From: Nitrospinota bacterium
GTDB taxonomy: Bacteria; UBA8248
DNA: 64,000 bases
Assembly (NCBI GenBank): GCA_030754595.1
Contig: JASLZZ010000109.1
Coordinates: 28,226 to 92,225, forward strand
Direction: 5' to 3'
The position numbers and the translations under genes are program-made. The notes under the pieces were generated by a model. That model was given only the letters and a program-made list of their open reading frames with translations. It searched no databases and was not told where the DNA came from. Each line of letters starts with the position of its first letter. The first letter of the stretch is position 1. Positions 26,348 to 37,345 of the stretch are shown in pieces.

Positions 26348-28888
26348 CTACCTCCCCCGTTGCCTCGGCGGGTGGGGCGGGGGGTCGGGCGGCGTGGGCA
26401 GCCCTTTTTCGGAAGTTTTTTCCTCCTCCTCGTCTTCTTCGTCATCGTCTTTTTTCTTGCCGAGGCGACGCAGGTCCTCGTACATCCGCTCGAGCTTGGC
26501 GGCGACGAGGCCGTGGACCGAGCCCCCGGGAAACGCGCCGGTCACGGGGTCCCTCTCGCCGGCGTCCACCCCGGTGAGGACCGAGATGCCCTCGTCCACG
26601 GTGCGGATAGGATAGATGCCGAATTTCCCCTCCCGGACGGCCTCGATCACCTCATCGCGCAGCATGAGGTTTTTCACATTCTGATGCGGGATGAGGACGC
26701 CCTGCTCCCCGGTGAGGGCGCCCATCTCCCTGCACACCTCGAAGAAGCCCTCGATCTTCTCGTTCACCCCGCCGATCGGCTGTATCTCGCCGCGCTGGTT
26801 GACCGAACCGGTGACGGCGAGGCCCTGTTTGATGGGAAGCTCCGAGAGGCTGCTCAGGAGGGCGTAAAGCTCGGTCGATGAGGCGCTGTCGCCGTCCACC
26901 CCGCCGTAGTTTTGCTCGAAGGTGATGCTCGCCGAAAGCGCGAGGGGCCGGGCGCGCGCGTAGGTCGCCCCGAGATAGCCCTGGAGGATGAGCACCCCCT
27001 TGTCGTGGATGTTGCCCGAAAGCTTGCTCTCGCGCTCGATGTTGATCACCCCCCGATCGCCCATGAAGGTCTGGGCGGTGATGCGCGAGGGCTTGCCGAA
27101 GCTGAACCCGCCCAGGCTGAGTACGGCCAGCCCGTTGATCTGCCCAGCGACGGCCCCCTCGACATCGATCAAGACGTTTCCCTCGACGATCTGATCGCGC
27201 AGCCGCTCGTCGAGCAGATCGGCCCGAAACCGCTTTTCGTCCTCGGCCCGGGTGACGTGCTTTTCCTCGACTTCTCCGGCTCCCTCCTCTCTGGCCCAGT
27301 GATCGGCTTCGAGCAGGAGCTCTCTAAGCTCGCCAAACTGGGCCGAAAACCTCGCCTGGTCGGCGACAAGACGCGCGCTCGCCTCGAGCACCCGCGCCAC
27401 CGCACGCTCGCCGAAGGGGAGAAGGCCGTCCTCCAGCCGGTGAAAATCGGTGAAGGCCCTAAAATCGCGAATGCTCTCTGGGGTGCGCTTGATAACGGAG
27501 CTGAAGTCGGCCTTCACCTTGAAGAGCTTGCCGAAGTCCTCGTCGTGCCGGAGCAGGATGTAGTAGATCATCGGGCTGCCCATGAGAATCACCTTCACAT
27601 TCACCGGAACGGGCTCGGGCTTGATGGTGCCCTGGCTCCAGCCGAAGGTTTCGCCCAGATCCTCGATCCGCACGCAGCGGGTCCGGATGGCCCGCTTGAG
27701 GGCGGGCCAGACGCCAGGGTTTGTCAGGATATCGAGGGCGTTGAGGATCATAAAACCGCCGCTGGCCTGAATCATCGAGCCGGCGCGAACGAGGGTGAAG
27801 TCGGTGGTGTAGGTGCCGAAATGGGCCCGCCGCTCGATCCGCCCGAAGAGATTGTTGAAATTCGGATTCGACTCGTAGACGACCGGGGCGCACTTGAGGC
27901 CCGAGTTATCGACCACGACGCTCACTTCGTAGACGCGGAAAGGATTTTCATCCTTGGGCGGCCGCATCATCATCGCTGCGGCGGCGGCCTGAGGCTGCTC
28001 GTCGGGGTGCTGAAAGTCCGCGAGGTGGCCCAGGATGTGCTCCTCCACCATGTTGAGGTAGGAAAGCGTCTTTTCATTTTCTCCGTACTTTTCCCTCAGC
28101 TCGTCCACCGGCCCCCTCACGGCGAGGAGGGCGATCTCCTTGTCCAGTTCCCGCATCCGGCTTCGAACCTCTCTTTCGAGAGTGCGAGTCTCCTTGACGA
28201 AATCCGAGATCGGGCCGGCCAGGGAAATCCGGTTTTCTTCGTATTTTTTGCGCTCCGCCTCGGGGAGCTTTTCGAAGCCTTCGGGGGTCGCGGGCTCACC
28301 GTCGATCAGCGGGGTGACGTTCATCCCGGACTGTGTCATCTGGATGCCGAAGCCGGCCTTCCGGGCCGTCTCCTCGAGTGCGTCGAGTGTTTCTCTTTGG
28401 CGCCCGTGGATTTCCTCGACGATTTTCTTGCGCGCCTCCTCGTGAGCCTCGTCCTCGAAGGTTTTGGGGATGACCTCCCGAAGCTCGGCCAAGAGGGCGT
28501 CCATGTCGTCGCGGAACCCGCAGGCGGCCCCGGCCGGGAAGGTGAGCCAGAGGGGCCGGTCGGAGTCGGCGAAATTGTGAACGAAAGCGATGGAATCCGG
28601 CACGGGGTTTTCGCAGGCCAGCCGCTCGCAATAGGAACGGCACATGGTGTATTTGCCCGTGCCCGGAGGGCCTGAGACGTAGAGATTGAACTCGTTGGAG
28701 CTCATCCGGAGGCCGAAAGCCAGGGCGCGCTCTGCGCGCTCTTGGCCGATGAAGGTTTCCTCCGAGAGCTTCCCGCCATCGATGGGCAGGGCCCCCGCGG
28801 GCTCGAACACCCACCTGAGCGCCTCGGGGGGAAGCGGGCCGGGAATATCGGTCATCTTGGGTCCCCTATATTCAACCGGTGCATTCAA
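26348..28888 (-). CDS. Lon-like S16 ATP-dependent protease (LonB/LonC type)
   Basis: GPPGTGK, GQINGLAV, DGDSASS, IGGVNEKIEGFF. Confidence 0.92.
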   Translation of the reverse strand: MNAPVEYRGPKMTDIPGPLPPEALRWVFEPAGALPIDGGKLSEETFIGQERAERALAFGLRMSSNEFNLYVSGPPGTGKYTMCRSYCERLACENPVPDSIAFVHNFADSDRPLWLTFPAGAACGFRDDMDALLAELREVIPKTFEDEAHEEARKKIVEEIHGRQRETLDALEETARKAGFGIQMTQSGMNVTPLIDGEPATPEGFEKLPEAERKKYEENRISLAGPISDFVKETRTLEREVRSRMRELDKEIALLAVRGPVDELREKYGENEKTLSYLNMVEEHILGHLADFQHPDEQPQAAAAAMMMRPPKDENPFRVYEVSVVVDNSGLKCAPVVYESNPNFNNLFGRIERRAHFGTYTTDFTLVRAGSMIQASGGFMILNALDILTNPGVWPALKRAIRTRCVRIEDLGETFGWSQGTIKPEPVPVNVKVILMGSPMIYYILLRHDEDFGKLFKVKADFSSVIKRTPESIRDFRAFTDFHRLEDGLLPFGERAVARVLEASARLVADQARFSAQFGELRELLLEADHWAREEGAGEVEEKHVTRAEDEKRFRADLLDERLRDQIVEGNVLIDVEGAVAGQINGLAVLSLGGFSFGKPSRITAQTFMGDRGVINIERESKLSGNIHDKGVLILQGYLGATYARARPLALSASITFEQNYGGVDGDSASSTELYALLSSLSELPIKQGLAVTGSVNQRGEIQPIGGVNEKIEGFFEVCREMGALTGEQGVLIPHQNVKNLMLRDEVIEAVREGKFGIYPIRTVDEGISVLTGVDAGERDPVTGAFPGGSVHGLVAAKLERMYEDLRRLGKKKDDDEEDEEEEKTSEKGLPTPPDPPPHPPRQRGR

Positions 28889-28931
28889 CCGGGATTCTAG
28901 CGGCGCCTTTCATGCGGCGGCGGGGCCGGCC

Positions 28932-30320
28932 TCACTTCAAGGAGCTTTCCCGATCTTCCGAGGCCGGCTTGAGCCCGTATTTTATCAGTTTCCGGTAGAG
29001 GGTGCGGCGGTCGATTCCGAGAACCCCAGAGGCGCGAATCTGGTGGCCCCCGACGCGCCGGAGGACCGACTCGATGTACAGGCGCTCGTTCTCATCGAGA
29101 CTCATGTCGGAACCGATGCGGGGGGCGGACCCGCCGCCGCCGTTGACGGTGGGCGGAATGTCGTCCACGTCGATGACCTCGCTCTCCGAGAGCGCCACCG
29201 TCCGCTCGATCACGTTTTCGAGCTCGCGCACGTTTCCCGGCCAACGGTATTCCATGAGGCGCTCAAGCGCTTTCTTGGAGATTTTCTTCATCGGCACGCC
29301 GTTTTGGCCGCAAAATTTCTGGACGAAATGATCGGCCAGCAAAATCACGTCCTCGGAGCGCTCCCTGAGCTCGGGCAAGAGCATGGAGATCACGTTGAGC
29401 CGGTAGAAGAGATCCTCCCGGAAGGTCCCCTCCTTGACCATCTTCTCGAGGTTGCGGTTCGTCGCCGCGATGACGCGCACGTCGATAGAGATATTCTCTC
29501 TGCCCCCGATGCGGCGGATCTCGCGCTCCTGGATGGCGCGGAGCATTTTTACCTGAATCGACGTGGGCACCTCGCCCACCTCGTCGAGGAAGAGCGTGCC
29601 GCCGTCGGCCTCCTCGAACAGCCCTTTGTGGTTCGATACGGCGCCGGTGAACGAGCCCTTGGTGTGGCCGAAGAGCTCGCTCTCCACCAGGGTCTCGGGG
29701 ATGGCGCTGCAGTTCACGGCGACAAAGGGCATCTCGTTCCGTTTGCTGTGAAAGTGCAGCGCCTTGGCGACAAGCTCCTTGCCGGTGCCGCTCTTTCCCT
29801 CGATGAGGATCGTGCTCTGGGTCTTGGCGATGCGCTTCACCATGTCGAAAAACTGGGTGATCGCCTTGCTCTTGCCGATGATGTTGTCGAGCCCGTAGCG
29901 GGCGTGTACCTCCTCGCGCAGGGACTTGACCTCGCGGCGCAGGTGGTGCGTCTCGAGGGATTGGCGCACGGCGAGGAGCATCTCGTCGATCTTGAAGGGT
30001 TTGGTCAGGTAGTCGAATGCGCCCGCCTGAATGGCCTCGACCGCGGCGGTCACCGAGGCGTAGGCGGTCATCATGATCACGGCGGCGGCGCTGCCCTGCT
30101 CGCCCAGGGAGCGAAGAAGCGACATGCCGTCCATTCCGGGCATGCGCACGTCGGAGATGACGAGGTTGTAGTCCGTCTCCCCGAGGATGCGGAGCGCCTC
30201 GCCCGCGCTCGAGGCCGTTCGGACCTCGTAGCCCTCGCCGGTGAGGAGCTTGTCCAGGAGCTGTAGCATCCGCTCCTCGTCATCGACCACCAATATCCGC
30301 TCGCTCGGCATCCCGGCCAC
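28932..30320 (-). CDS. Sigma54-dependent response regulator (NtrC/AtoC family)
   Basis: Receiver [44 protein letters not shown]; Fis-type HTH. Confidence 0.95.
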   Translation of the reverse strand: MAGMPSERILVVDDEERMLQLLDKLLTGEGYEVRTASSAGEALRILGETDYNLVISDVRMPGMDGMSLLRSLGEQGSAAAVIMMTAYASVTAAVEAIQAGAFDYLTKPFKIDEMLLAVRQSLETHHLRREVKSLREEVHARYGLDNIIGKSKAITQFFDMVKRIAKTQSTILIEGKSGTGKELVAKALHFHSKRNEMPFVAVNCSAIPETLVESELFGHTKGSFTGAVSNHKGLFEEADGGTLFLDEVGEVPTSIQVKMLRAIQEREIRRIGGRENISIDVRVIAATNRNLEKMVKEGTFREDLFYRLNVISMLLPELRERSEDVILLADHFVQKFCGQNGVPMKKISKKALERLMEYRWPGNVRELENVIERTVALSESEVIDVDDIPPTVNGGGGSAPRIGSDMSLDENERLYIESVLRRVGGHQIRASGVLGIDRRTLYRKLIKYGLKPASEDRESSLK

Positions 30321-30348
30321 AACCTCCCGCGGCCCGCGCCGCGCCGTA

Positions 30349-31179
30349 TCAGTACTTGGTATAGACGATTTCCAGCAATCTGTCGACCAGGGAAAGATCG
30401 CCCTCGACCCGAAGCTGGCCCTCCGCCTCGGCCTTTTCCCGCTTCAGGCGGCCATAGGGAAGAAGCAGGTGCGCCTCGCCGTCGGCCTCGATGGTGGCTT
30501 GATATTCACCCGAAATTTCCGGCGAGGCCGCCGCCTTCTCGCCATCGACCTCGAGGGTCCATTCCAGGTCCGGCCCGGCCGAGCGGAAATGGAAACGCCC
30601 CGTGAAGGGCTGCTTGTCCCGCAGGTTGAAGAGCCGCACGACGAAACCGGGCATAAAAACGATCATCCCCTCGACGCCCTGGGGCGTCACCCGCGAGGCG
30701 GGGTCCGGGCCGCGGCGGACGTCCCAGTCGTGGACGACGAGTTCGACGAGGCGCATGCCGATCCAGGCCCTGATGTCGTTCAGCCCTCGGGGATGGTAGC
30801 CGAGCTTGTCGAGGTCGCCGTCCGTGATTCGTTCGAGTTCTATTTGGAGCTTCGCCGCGGAGGAATCGAAGATGTCCATCATCTCCCCGCGCGGAAGGGC
30901 CATCAGCTCGTCGCCCTTCACCTTCCGGATGGCCCAGAACTCCTTGGCGTCCTTCCCGTAGGGCGGCTCGGAGGGGAGACCGTCGATGGCGCGGCGAATG
31001 CTGTTGCCGTAAAAATCCCCGCCGGTGGTGACGTGGCTGATGGTGTGCGCCGCCGTCCAGCCGGGGCAAAATGTTTCCCGATTCCATTCCTCCTCGCCGA
31101 ACCCTCTCCAGAGAGAGGAGAGACGCTCGGTCTCCGACTTCACGAGGGGAACGCGGGCGAGACTCTCATCGCGCCACAC
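30349..31179 (-). CDS. Maleylpyruvate isomerase (MDMPI)/DinB-superfamily protein
   Basis: TFCPGWTAAHTISHV; RLVELVVHDWDV; SCP2-like C-terminus. Confidence 0.85.
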   Translation of the reverse strand: MWRDESLARVPLVKSETERLSSLWRGFGEEEWNRETFCPGWTAAHTISHVTTGGDFYGNSIRRAIDGLPSEPPYGKDAKEFWAIRKVKGDELMALPRGEMMDIFDSSAAKLQIELERITDGDLDKLGYHPRGLNDIRAWIGMRLVELVVHDWDVRRGPDPASRVTPQGVEGMIVFMPGFVVRLFNLRDKQPFTGRFHFRSAGPDLEWTLEVDGEKAAASPEISGEYQATIEADGEAHLLLPYGRLKREKAEAEGQLRVEGDLSLVDRLLEIVYTKY

Positions 31180-31514
31180 ATGAAACTCCTTTTGATTACG
31201 GTGAAACCGCCTGTGGTGGAACCGCTCTGAAAGAGCCCGGATTACGGGGACCGGGGGCCGGGCCCGCCAATATTCAATACTCGGCGGGCCCGCCGATTTT
31301 CAGTGCCCGGCGGGCTCGCCGATTTTCAATGAAGTATATTCACGCCGGGACCGAGGTTGTCCACACCAAGAAGGGGCCAGGAAGCGAGGCCGATTGGATC
31401 AACCCCGGCGCATCTGATAGTTTCCCTGGTCAAGGCCGTATCCGCCGGGTTTTCATGAAGATACATGATCGCCGCCGGACCGCGGACGGACCCGATTCAG
31501 ATAGAGGAACCTCG

Positions 31515-32015
31515 GTGAACGCTCGCCGCCATTGGATGATTTTGCTCGCGCTCGCCGTCTCGACGGCGGCTTTCGCGGGTTGCGGAAAATCCGCCGCCAA
31601 GAGTATGGACGAAACCTTGAGCCTCCCCTTCCGGGGGGTGCGGGCCGGGGTCCGCGGGATCGGAAAAGGTGCCGGCGCCATCGGCGAGGCCGGCGGCGGT
31701 ATTTTCGGCCGCCTGCTCACCGACCGCAACCACACCGCCCTCGTGCGCGAGCACAAGGACACGCTCTCTCACCTGACGGCGGTCGAGAAACAGATCGAGC
31801 GCCGCCAGATCGGCCCCAATCGCCTGGAGAGAAGACTCCTCCGGGACGCTCACGACCGCCTCGCCGCCATCGGCCGCCAACTCGAGGCCAAGCGAATCCC
31901 CGCGGGCGTGGGGAAGCGGATGTACACCCAACTCGATGGGGTGCGGCAGTCGCTCAACCTGTTCCGGCAGCGCCACAACACGCCGCGCTACACCGGCTTC
32001 ATCGCGGTCCGCTAG
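31515..32015 (+). CDS. Putative lipoprotein
   Basis: GTG after AGAGGA; signal peptide ending FAGC. Confidence 0.65.
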   Translation: MNARRHWMILLALAVSTAAFAGCGKSAAKSMDETLSLPFRGVRAGVRGIGKGAGAIGEAGGGIFGRLLTDRNHTALVREHKDTLSHLTAVEKQIERRQIGPNRLERRLLRDAHDRLAAIGRQLEAKRIPAGVGKRMYTQLDGVRQSLNLFRQRHNTPRYTGFIAVR

Positions 32016-32047
32016 CCCCACCGAGCAGCGGAGGGCATCTCTCTCTC

Positions 32048-33403
32048 ATGATCCCCCTCATGGTAATGGCCGATTCCCGGGGCCAGCTCTTCGAGCACCC
32101 CGACCTCCAGATGGTCGGCGCCCTCGGCCCCGAAGCCGTCGCCCCCGACCCCGGGGAACTCTCTCCCCTGCCGGAGGGAAGCCGGTTTTTTACGATGCCG
32201 GGCCACCTGCCCGTCGGCGGGGACCCCGAGGCCGACGAGCTCGTCACCATCGATGAAGCCGATTGGGGAGATGGGCCCGAGACCCCCCAGGCGGCCTGCA
32301 CTTTTCCGGCCCCTGGGTGGATGCGCACCCTCGTGCCCTTCACCGAGCGGACCGGGGGGGCCGAGACGCTACCCCTCTGGGCCTACACGGCGATGGGCCT
32401 CGACCCTGAGTCCGGCGGGTTCGTCTGCGCGGCGGTCCAGGTGGACGACTGCCAGCGCTGGGCGCCCGAGGAGTATGACGACCGGAGCCTTCCCGGCCGA
32501 CTGGCCGAAATGAAAAGCAGATTTCCCAACAACAGACTGATCGCCCACCTCGAACGGTGCGCCTCGGAGTTTCACTGCTTCGCGGCCAAGAATTTTTTTG
32601 CCGGGCGCTGGGAGATGGGCCTGCCCATCGCGCCGCTGTGCAACGCCGATTGCCGCGGCTGCATCTCGCTTCAGACCGACGAGCTGTTCCCGGCGAGCCA
32701 CGAGCGGATCGAGTTCGTCCCCTCGCCCGATGAACTCGCCGAGATCGCCTGCGCCCACCTCGAGGGGGCGGAGAAGGCTGTGGCCAGCTTCGGGCAGGGC
32801 TGCGAGGGCGAGCCGCTCCTTCAGGCCGCCGTCATCGAGCGGGCCTGCCGCCTCATCCGCGAGAGGACCGATCGGGGCACCCTTCACCTCAACACCAACG
32901 GCAGCCGCCCGGAGTGGCTTCCCCGGCTCGCCGAAGCGGGGCTCGAGAGCGTCCGCATCAGCGCGAACAGCGTCATCCCCGGCAGATACCATGCCTACTA
33001 CCGGCCAGAAACCTACGGTTTCGGCGAGGTGGAGGACTCGGTCCGGGCGGCGGCCGGGGCCGGGCTCTACACCCAGCTCAACTATCTCGTCTTCCCCGGC
33101 GTCACCGACCGGGAGGCCGAGGTGGAGGCGCTGCTCGATTTTTGCGGCCGCACCGGGGTCCACGTTCTCCAGATGAAAAACCTGTGCATCGACCCGGAAC
33201 TCTACCTCGATACGCTGGACGAGGAGGAGGGCGAAACCGGCGGAGCCGTGGGGATGACCCGGCTGCTCGACATCATCGGCGAGGAGGCGCCGGAGGCGGC
33301 CCTTCGCTACTTCAACCGCCCGAGGGACGAATGGCACCTCAACCCGGGGGCCCCGCCTCTCGCCCCGCCGACCACCCCGCCGCCCGCTGGAGAAAAGGAA
33401 TGA
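32048..33403 (+). CDS. Radical SAM protein of unknown function
   Basis: CNADCRGC motif, SFGQGCEGEPLL, NTNGS. Confidence 0.9.
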   Translation: MIPLMVMADSRGQLFEHPDLQMVGALGPEAVAPDPGELSPLPEGSRFFTMPGHLPVGGDPEADELVTIDEADWGDGPETPQAACTFPAPGWMRTLVPFTERTGGAETLPLWAYTAMGLDPESGGFVCAAVQVDDCQRWAPEEYDDRSLPGRLAEMKSRFPNNRLIAHLERCASEFHCFAAKNFFAGRWEMGLPIAPLCNADCRGCISLQTDELFPASHERIEFVPSPDELAEIACAHLEGAEKAVASFGQGCEGEPLLQAAVIERACRLIRERTDRGTLHLNTNGSRPEWLPRLAEAGLESVRISANSVIPGRYHAYYRPETYGFGEVEDSVRAAAGAGLYTQLNYLVFPGVTDREAEVEALLDFCGRTGVHVLQMKNLCIDPELYLDTLDEEEGETGGAVGMTRLLDIIGEEAPEAALRYFNRPRDEWHLNPGAPPLAPPTTPPPAGEKE

Positions 33404-34806
33404 GCGGCGAGATGCTTCAGATCAGGGATATTTCCGAGATGCCGCTCGTCAGCCGCGATGCGCCCGCGCCTGTGCAAGGCGCCCCCGCCGCCGCCCTCGT
33501 TTCGCTGGGCTGCGCGAAAAACACCGTGGACAGCGAGATCATGCTCGCCGCCCTCGTCCGGGCGGGCTACCGGCTCGTTGCCGACGCCCGGGAGGCCCGG
33601 GTCGTCATCGTCAACACCTGCGGCTTCATCGAGGACGCCAAGCGCGAGTCGATCGACGCGATTCTCGATCTCGCCCGTCTCAAGGAAGAGGGCCCCCTCG
33701 AATCGCTCATCGTAGCTGGCTGCCTGGCCGAGCGCTACCGGGGGGAGTTGGCCCGGGACCTCCCCGAGGCGGATCTTTTTCTCGGCACGCGGGAGTACGA
33801 CCGCATCGCGGAACTCCTGGCCGAGGCGCCGGGGGGGGCGCCGCCCGCCCGCGAGGCGTTCTCGGACACCCTCATGGACTACAGCCGGCGACTTCCGAGG
33901 GTGCTCTCCGAGCCCGGCCCGAGCGCCTATCTCAAGGTCGCCGAGGGTTGCTCGAGGCCCTGCACCTTTTGCGTCATCCCCCGCTTCAGGGGGCGGTTCC
34001 GCTCGCGCCCGGCGGAGCATATTACAGAAGAGGCCGAGGCCCTCGCCGCCGCCGGGGTGAAGGAGATAAATCTCCTCGCCCAGGAGATCACGAGCTACGG
34101 CGCCGATCTCGGCGGGGGATTATCGCTGGCCGGCCTTCTCGAACAACTGAACGAAGTGGAAGGCCTGCGCTGGATCCGCATTCTCTACAACTACCCGCGC
34201 GGGGTGACGGACGATCTCCTCGCCGCTATCCGCGATCTGCCCAAGGTGGTGGAATACATCGACATGCCCCTTCAACACATCGCGACTTTTGTATTGACCG
34301 CGATGCGCCGAGGGATCGACGAGGCGGGGACCCGCGCGCTCATCGAGCGAATGCGCCGGTCGGTCCCCGGCTGCGCGCTCCGGACGACGATGCTCGTCGG
34401 GTTTCCGGGCGAGAGCGAGGAAGACTTCGACGCCTTGCTCGACTTCACCGCCGAGACGCGCTTCACCCGGCTCGGGGCGTTCGCCTTCTCGCCCGAGGAG
34501 GGCTCTATCGCGGCCCGGCTACCGGACCCCGTCCCCCGGGAGATCGCCCGCGAGCGTCTCGCCCGGCTGCTTGAGCTTCAGGAGGGGATTCAGACCGGGG
34601 CGAACGAGGCTCTGATCGGGGAGCGGGCCGAGGTTCTCGTCGAGGGCATGACCGCCGAGGGGCTCCTGAGAGGGCGCACCCGCCACCAGGCCCCCGAGGT
34701 GGACGGCGAGGTTTTCCTGCACGAAACCGAGGCCGCCCCCGGCGACATCATCGATTGTGAGATCATGGACACCGACGGGGTGGACCTGATCGCCCGGGGG
34801 GTTTAG
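33400..34806 (+). CDS. rimO: Ribosomal protein S12 methylthiotransferase
   Basis: SLGCAKNTVDSE, NTCGFI, AYLKVAEGCSRPCTFC, YIDMPLQH, APEVDG TRAM. Confidence 0.93.
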   Translation: MSGEMLQIRDISEMPLVSRDAPAPVQGAPAAALVSLGCAKNTVDSEIMLAALVRAGYRLVADAREARVVIVNTCGFIEDAKRESIDAILDLARLKEEGPLESLIVAGCLAERYRGELARDLPEADLFLGTREYDRIAELLAEAPGGAPPAREAFSDTLMDYSRRLPRVLSEPGPSAYLKVAEGCSRPCTFCVIPRFRGRFRSRPAEHITEEAEALAAAGVKEINLLAQEITSYGADLGGGLSLAGLLEQLNEVEGLRWIRILYNYPRGVTDDLLAAIRDLPKVVEYIDMPLQHIATFVLTAMRRGIDEAGTRALIERMRRSVPGCALRTTMLVGFPGESEEDFDALLDFTAETRFTRLGAFAFSPEEGSIAARLPDPVPREIARERLARLLELQEGIQTGANEALIGERAEVLVEGMTAEGLLRGRTRHQAPEVDGEVFLHETEAAPGDIIDCEIMDTDGVDLIARGV

Positions 34807-34902
34807 GCCAAGCCACCCTCCGCAACATTCCTCACCATTTACATTTAGTTATTAATTGCCATAAGGTATCCGAATCAAATTATTCAACCATCCGGAGACG
34901 TC

Positions 34903-36762
34903 ATGGCGCTCAGCGTCGCCCCGATCCAGGATATTGAAGACCTGCGCGCGGCCGTCAACGACGGCTCGCGCCATGTCCAAAAAACCTATTTCACCTTTCT
35001 GCTGGTCTCCATCTACATCGCCATCATCATCGTCTCGACCACCCACGAGCAGCTACTCCGCGGAAGAGATGTGACGCCTCCGTTTCTCAGCGTCGGAATG
35101 GCCATTGTCTGGTTTTATTTCATCTTTCCCTGTCTCTTTTTACCCCTCCATCTGAACCTGATTATTCAATACTATCTTCTCTCCCAGAAGATACATGAGA
35201 TGAACAAAATCGACCCGAACACGGACAAACCCGGCTCGGGATTGCTGTTCCATACCTCCCTTTTCACGCAATCCATGATAGGAACCTTCCGGGACGGCAC
35301 GCGGAAAGTCTTTTTCGAGCCCCTGGTCTACTACTCGTCCGCCGTTTTGCCGATCCTCTTGCTTTTCTTCGGTCTCATCAAATTTCTCCCCTACCACTCG
35401 GAACCAATTACCTGGTTGCATCGCGTTTCGATCTCCCTCGACCTCATCATGGTCTGGTTTTTCTGGGTGAAGATCATTCAGGAAGAAGGCCAGCTTAAAA
35501 TCTGGTGGGATGATTTCTGGGGAAGAATTTCTCCCGAAAAAAGCAAAATGGGCAGATCGAACCGCGCTGCGGCAGCCGTCAATTTCTTTCTCTCCCTTCT
35601 CTTGATTCTGTTTTCCGTTCTCGTGACGACCATCCCCGATGAATCTCAATCCATAGAACCGGTCAGTCAATATTTCGAGGATAACTGGTCATGGTTCACC
35701 CGCAATCTCGACCTCCACGAAAAGACCCTCGTCGAAAAAGAGCCGCCCCCGAAATCATCGCGGCGCTCATCCCAGAGTCCGGCGGAGACGAAGCGAAAGC
35801 CACTCAAAAAGCATGTAGCAACAAGGAACTGGTCACGGGGCTTAATCTTCAGCGCCGCGATTTACGCTACGCCGATTTTTATAGGGCAAAACTCCCCTTC
35901 GCCGATCTTCGGGGAGCCAACCTTCAACAAGCGAATTTGAGGGAGGCGCAACTGCAGGGTTCGAATTTGAGGCGGGCACGGATGCAGGGTGCGGATTTGA
36001 GGTCCGCACGGATGCAGGGCGTGAATTTTGGGGGGCGCGGATGCAGGGCGCGAACTTGTGGAGGGCAGAGATGCAGGGAGTGGATTTGATGTCCACGGAT
36101 ATGCAGGGCGCGGATTTGAGGCGGGCACGGATTTGAGTGGCACGCGGATGCAGGGCGCGGATTTTGGGAACGCGCGGATGCTGGGTGCGGATATCTCCAG
36201 TGCTCATTTCCAGTTAAGCGTTCTGGCTCGCCTGGATTTGGAGAACGGAGGCGATTGGAAGGTGCCCCGGAAAACCATCCAAGACACGGTTCCGAAGGGG
36301 AGGATACAGGATACCGCATTAAAGCGGTTAAAAGACGCCGAAGGCCGGGAGAAAAAAGTAAAAGAAAGGAAAGAACAAAAAGGTTTCTTTTCCCACCTTA
36401 AGACCGACGTAACCGGAGCTTATTGCGATAAGACATCTGAATTTTTGGGCTGCACAACCCCTCACAAAAAAATATTGTTTATCAGGGAGCGGGGAGAATG
36501 TTTGGCGGGCGAGCCCGCCTGCAGCGATAAGTATGCGGCCCGCGCCCTGATCTCTCGACATCTAGAGAACGACCCCACAAAGCCAGAAAATATCGTGGTA
36601 TTACTCACCGGCCATTCCTTGAGCAAGGCTCTGAAAAATTCTACGTGCCCGGAAGTGCTGTCCGCCTTCAATACCTGGCCGGACCTGAGAGCCAAAGTGG
36701 AGCGGTGGACGACGCCCGACGTGGCGCAACTGGCCAAGGAAGCCGAGAAGGGTTTGAAGTAA
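34903..36762 (+). pseudogene. Membrane-anchored pentapeptide-repeat protein broken by about three frameshifts
   Basis: TM-rich N-terminus; frame changes at a C-run (~35750), a G-run (~36030) and an apparent deletion (~36130); AxMQGADL repeats persist across frames. Confidence 0.75.
35921..36200 (+). repeat. 30-bp tandem repeats encoding pentapeptide pairs
   Basis: Recurring ATGCAGGGCGCGGATTTG core every 30 nt. Confidence 0.8.
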
Positions 36763-36847
36763 CCCCCGCCCCGAAGTAACCTTCCCCAACAGCCAATTTT
36801 CACGGGCATCGGCGTTAAAATTTTCCTTCGGTAGGAGTTCGCCCCTC

Positions 36848-37300
36848 ATGATCGGTTTGCTGATGAAGCGGCCGCCGCTGATCGCCCTGCTTTGTCTTCT
36901 AGGTGGGCTTTGGCTCGATTCCGTGCTCCCCTCCGGGCCGCCGGTGGGCGGGGGTTTCAGGGCGCTGGGGGCGCTGCCGGCCGGGATGGGCATCTGGATG
37001 ATGATCAAGGCGGTCCAGGCCTTCGAGCAGCGGGGCACCCCCCACAAGCCCGAGGAGACACCTACCACACTCGTCACCGATGGCCCCATGCGCCTCTCGC
37101 GCAACCCGATGTACCTGGGGATGGCGCTGCTCCTGGCGGGTATCGGCTGGCTGCTGGTCGCGACGCCGGTGATGCTCTCGGGACTCGTTTTCGCCCTGAT
37201 CGTTCAAAAATATTTCATCCTGCCCGAGGAGGAGGAACTCGAGGGCCTCTTCGGAGATGAATACAAGGCCTACCGGAGCCGCGTCAGGAGATGGCTCTAG
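36848..37300 (+). CDS. Isoprenylcysteine carboxyl methyltransferase/PEMT family membrane protein
   Basis: LVTDGP..SRNPMYLG; EEEEL..FGDEY..YRSRVRRWL. Confidence 0.9.
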   Translation: MIGLLMKRPPLIALLCLLGGLWLDSVLPSGPPVGGGFRALGALPAGMGIWMMIKAVQAFEQRGTPHKPEETPTTLVTDGPMRLSRNPMYLGMALLLAGIGWLLVATPVMLSGLVFALIVQKYFILPEEEELEGLFGDEYKAYRSRVRRWL

Positions 37301-37345
37301 GCCCCGGACACATTTTTTCGTCTTTAACAAAAAGGAGATCCGCGA

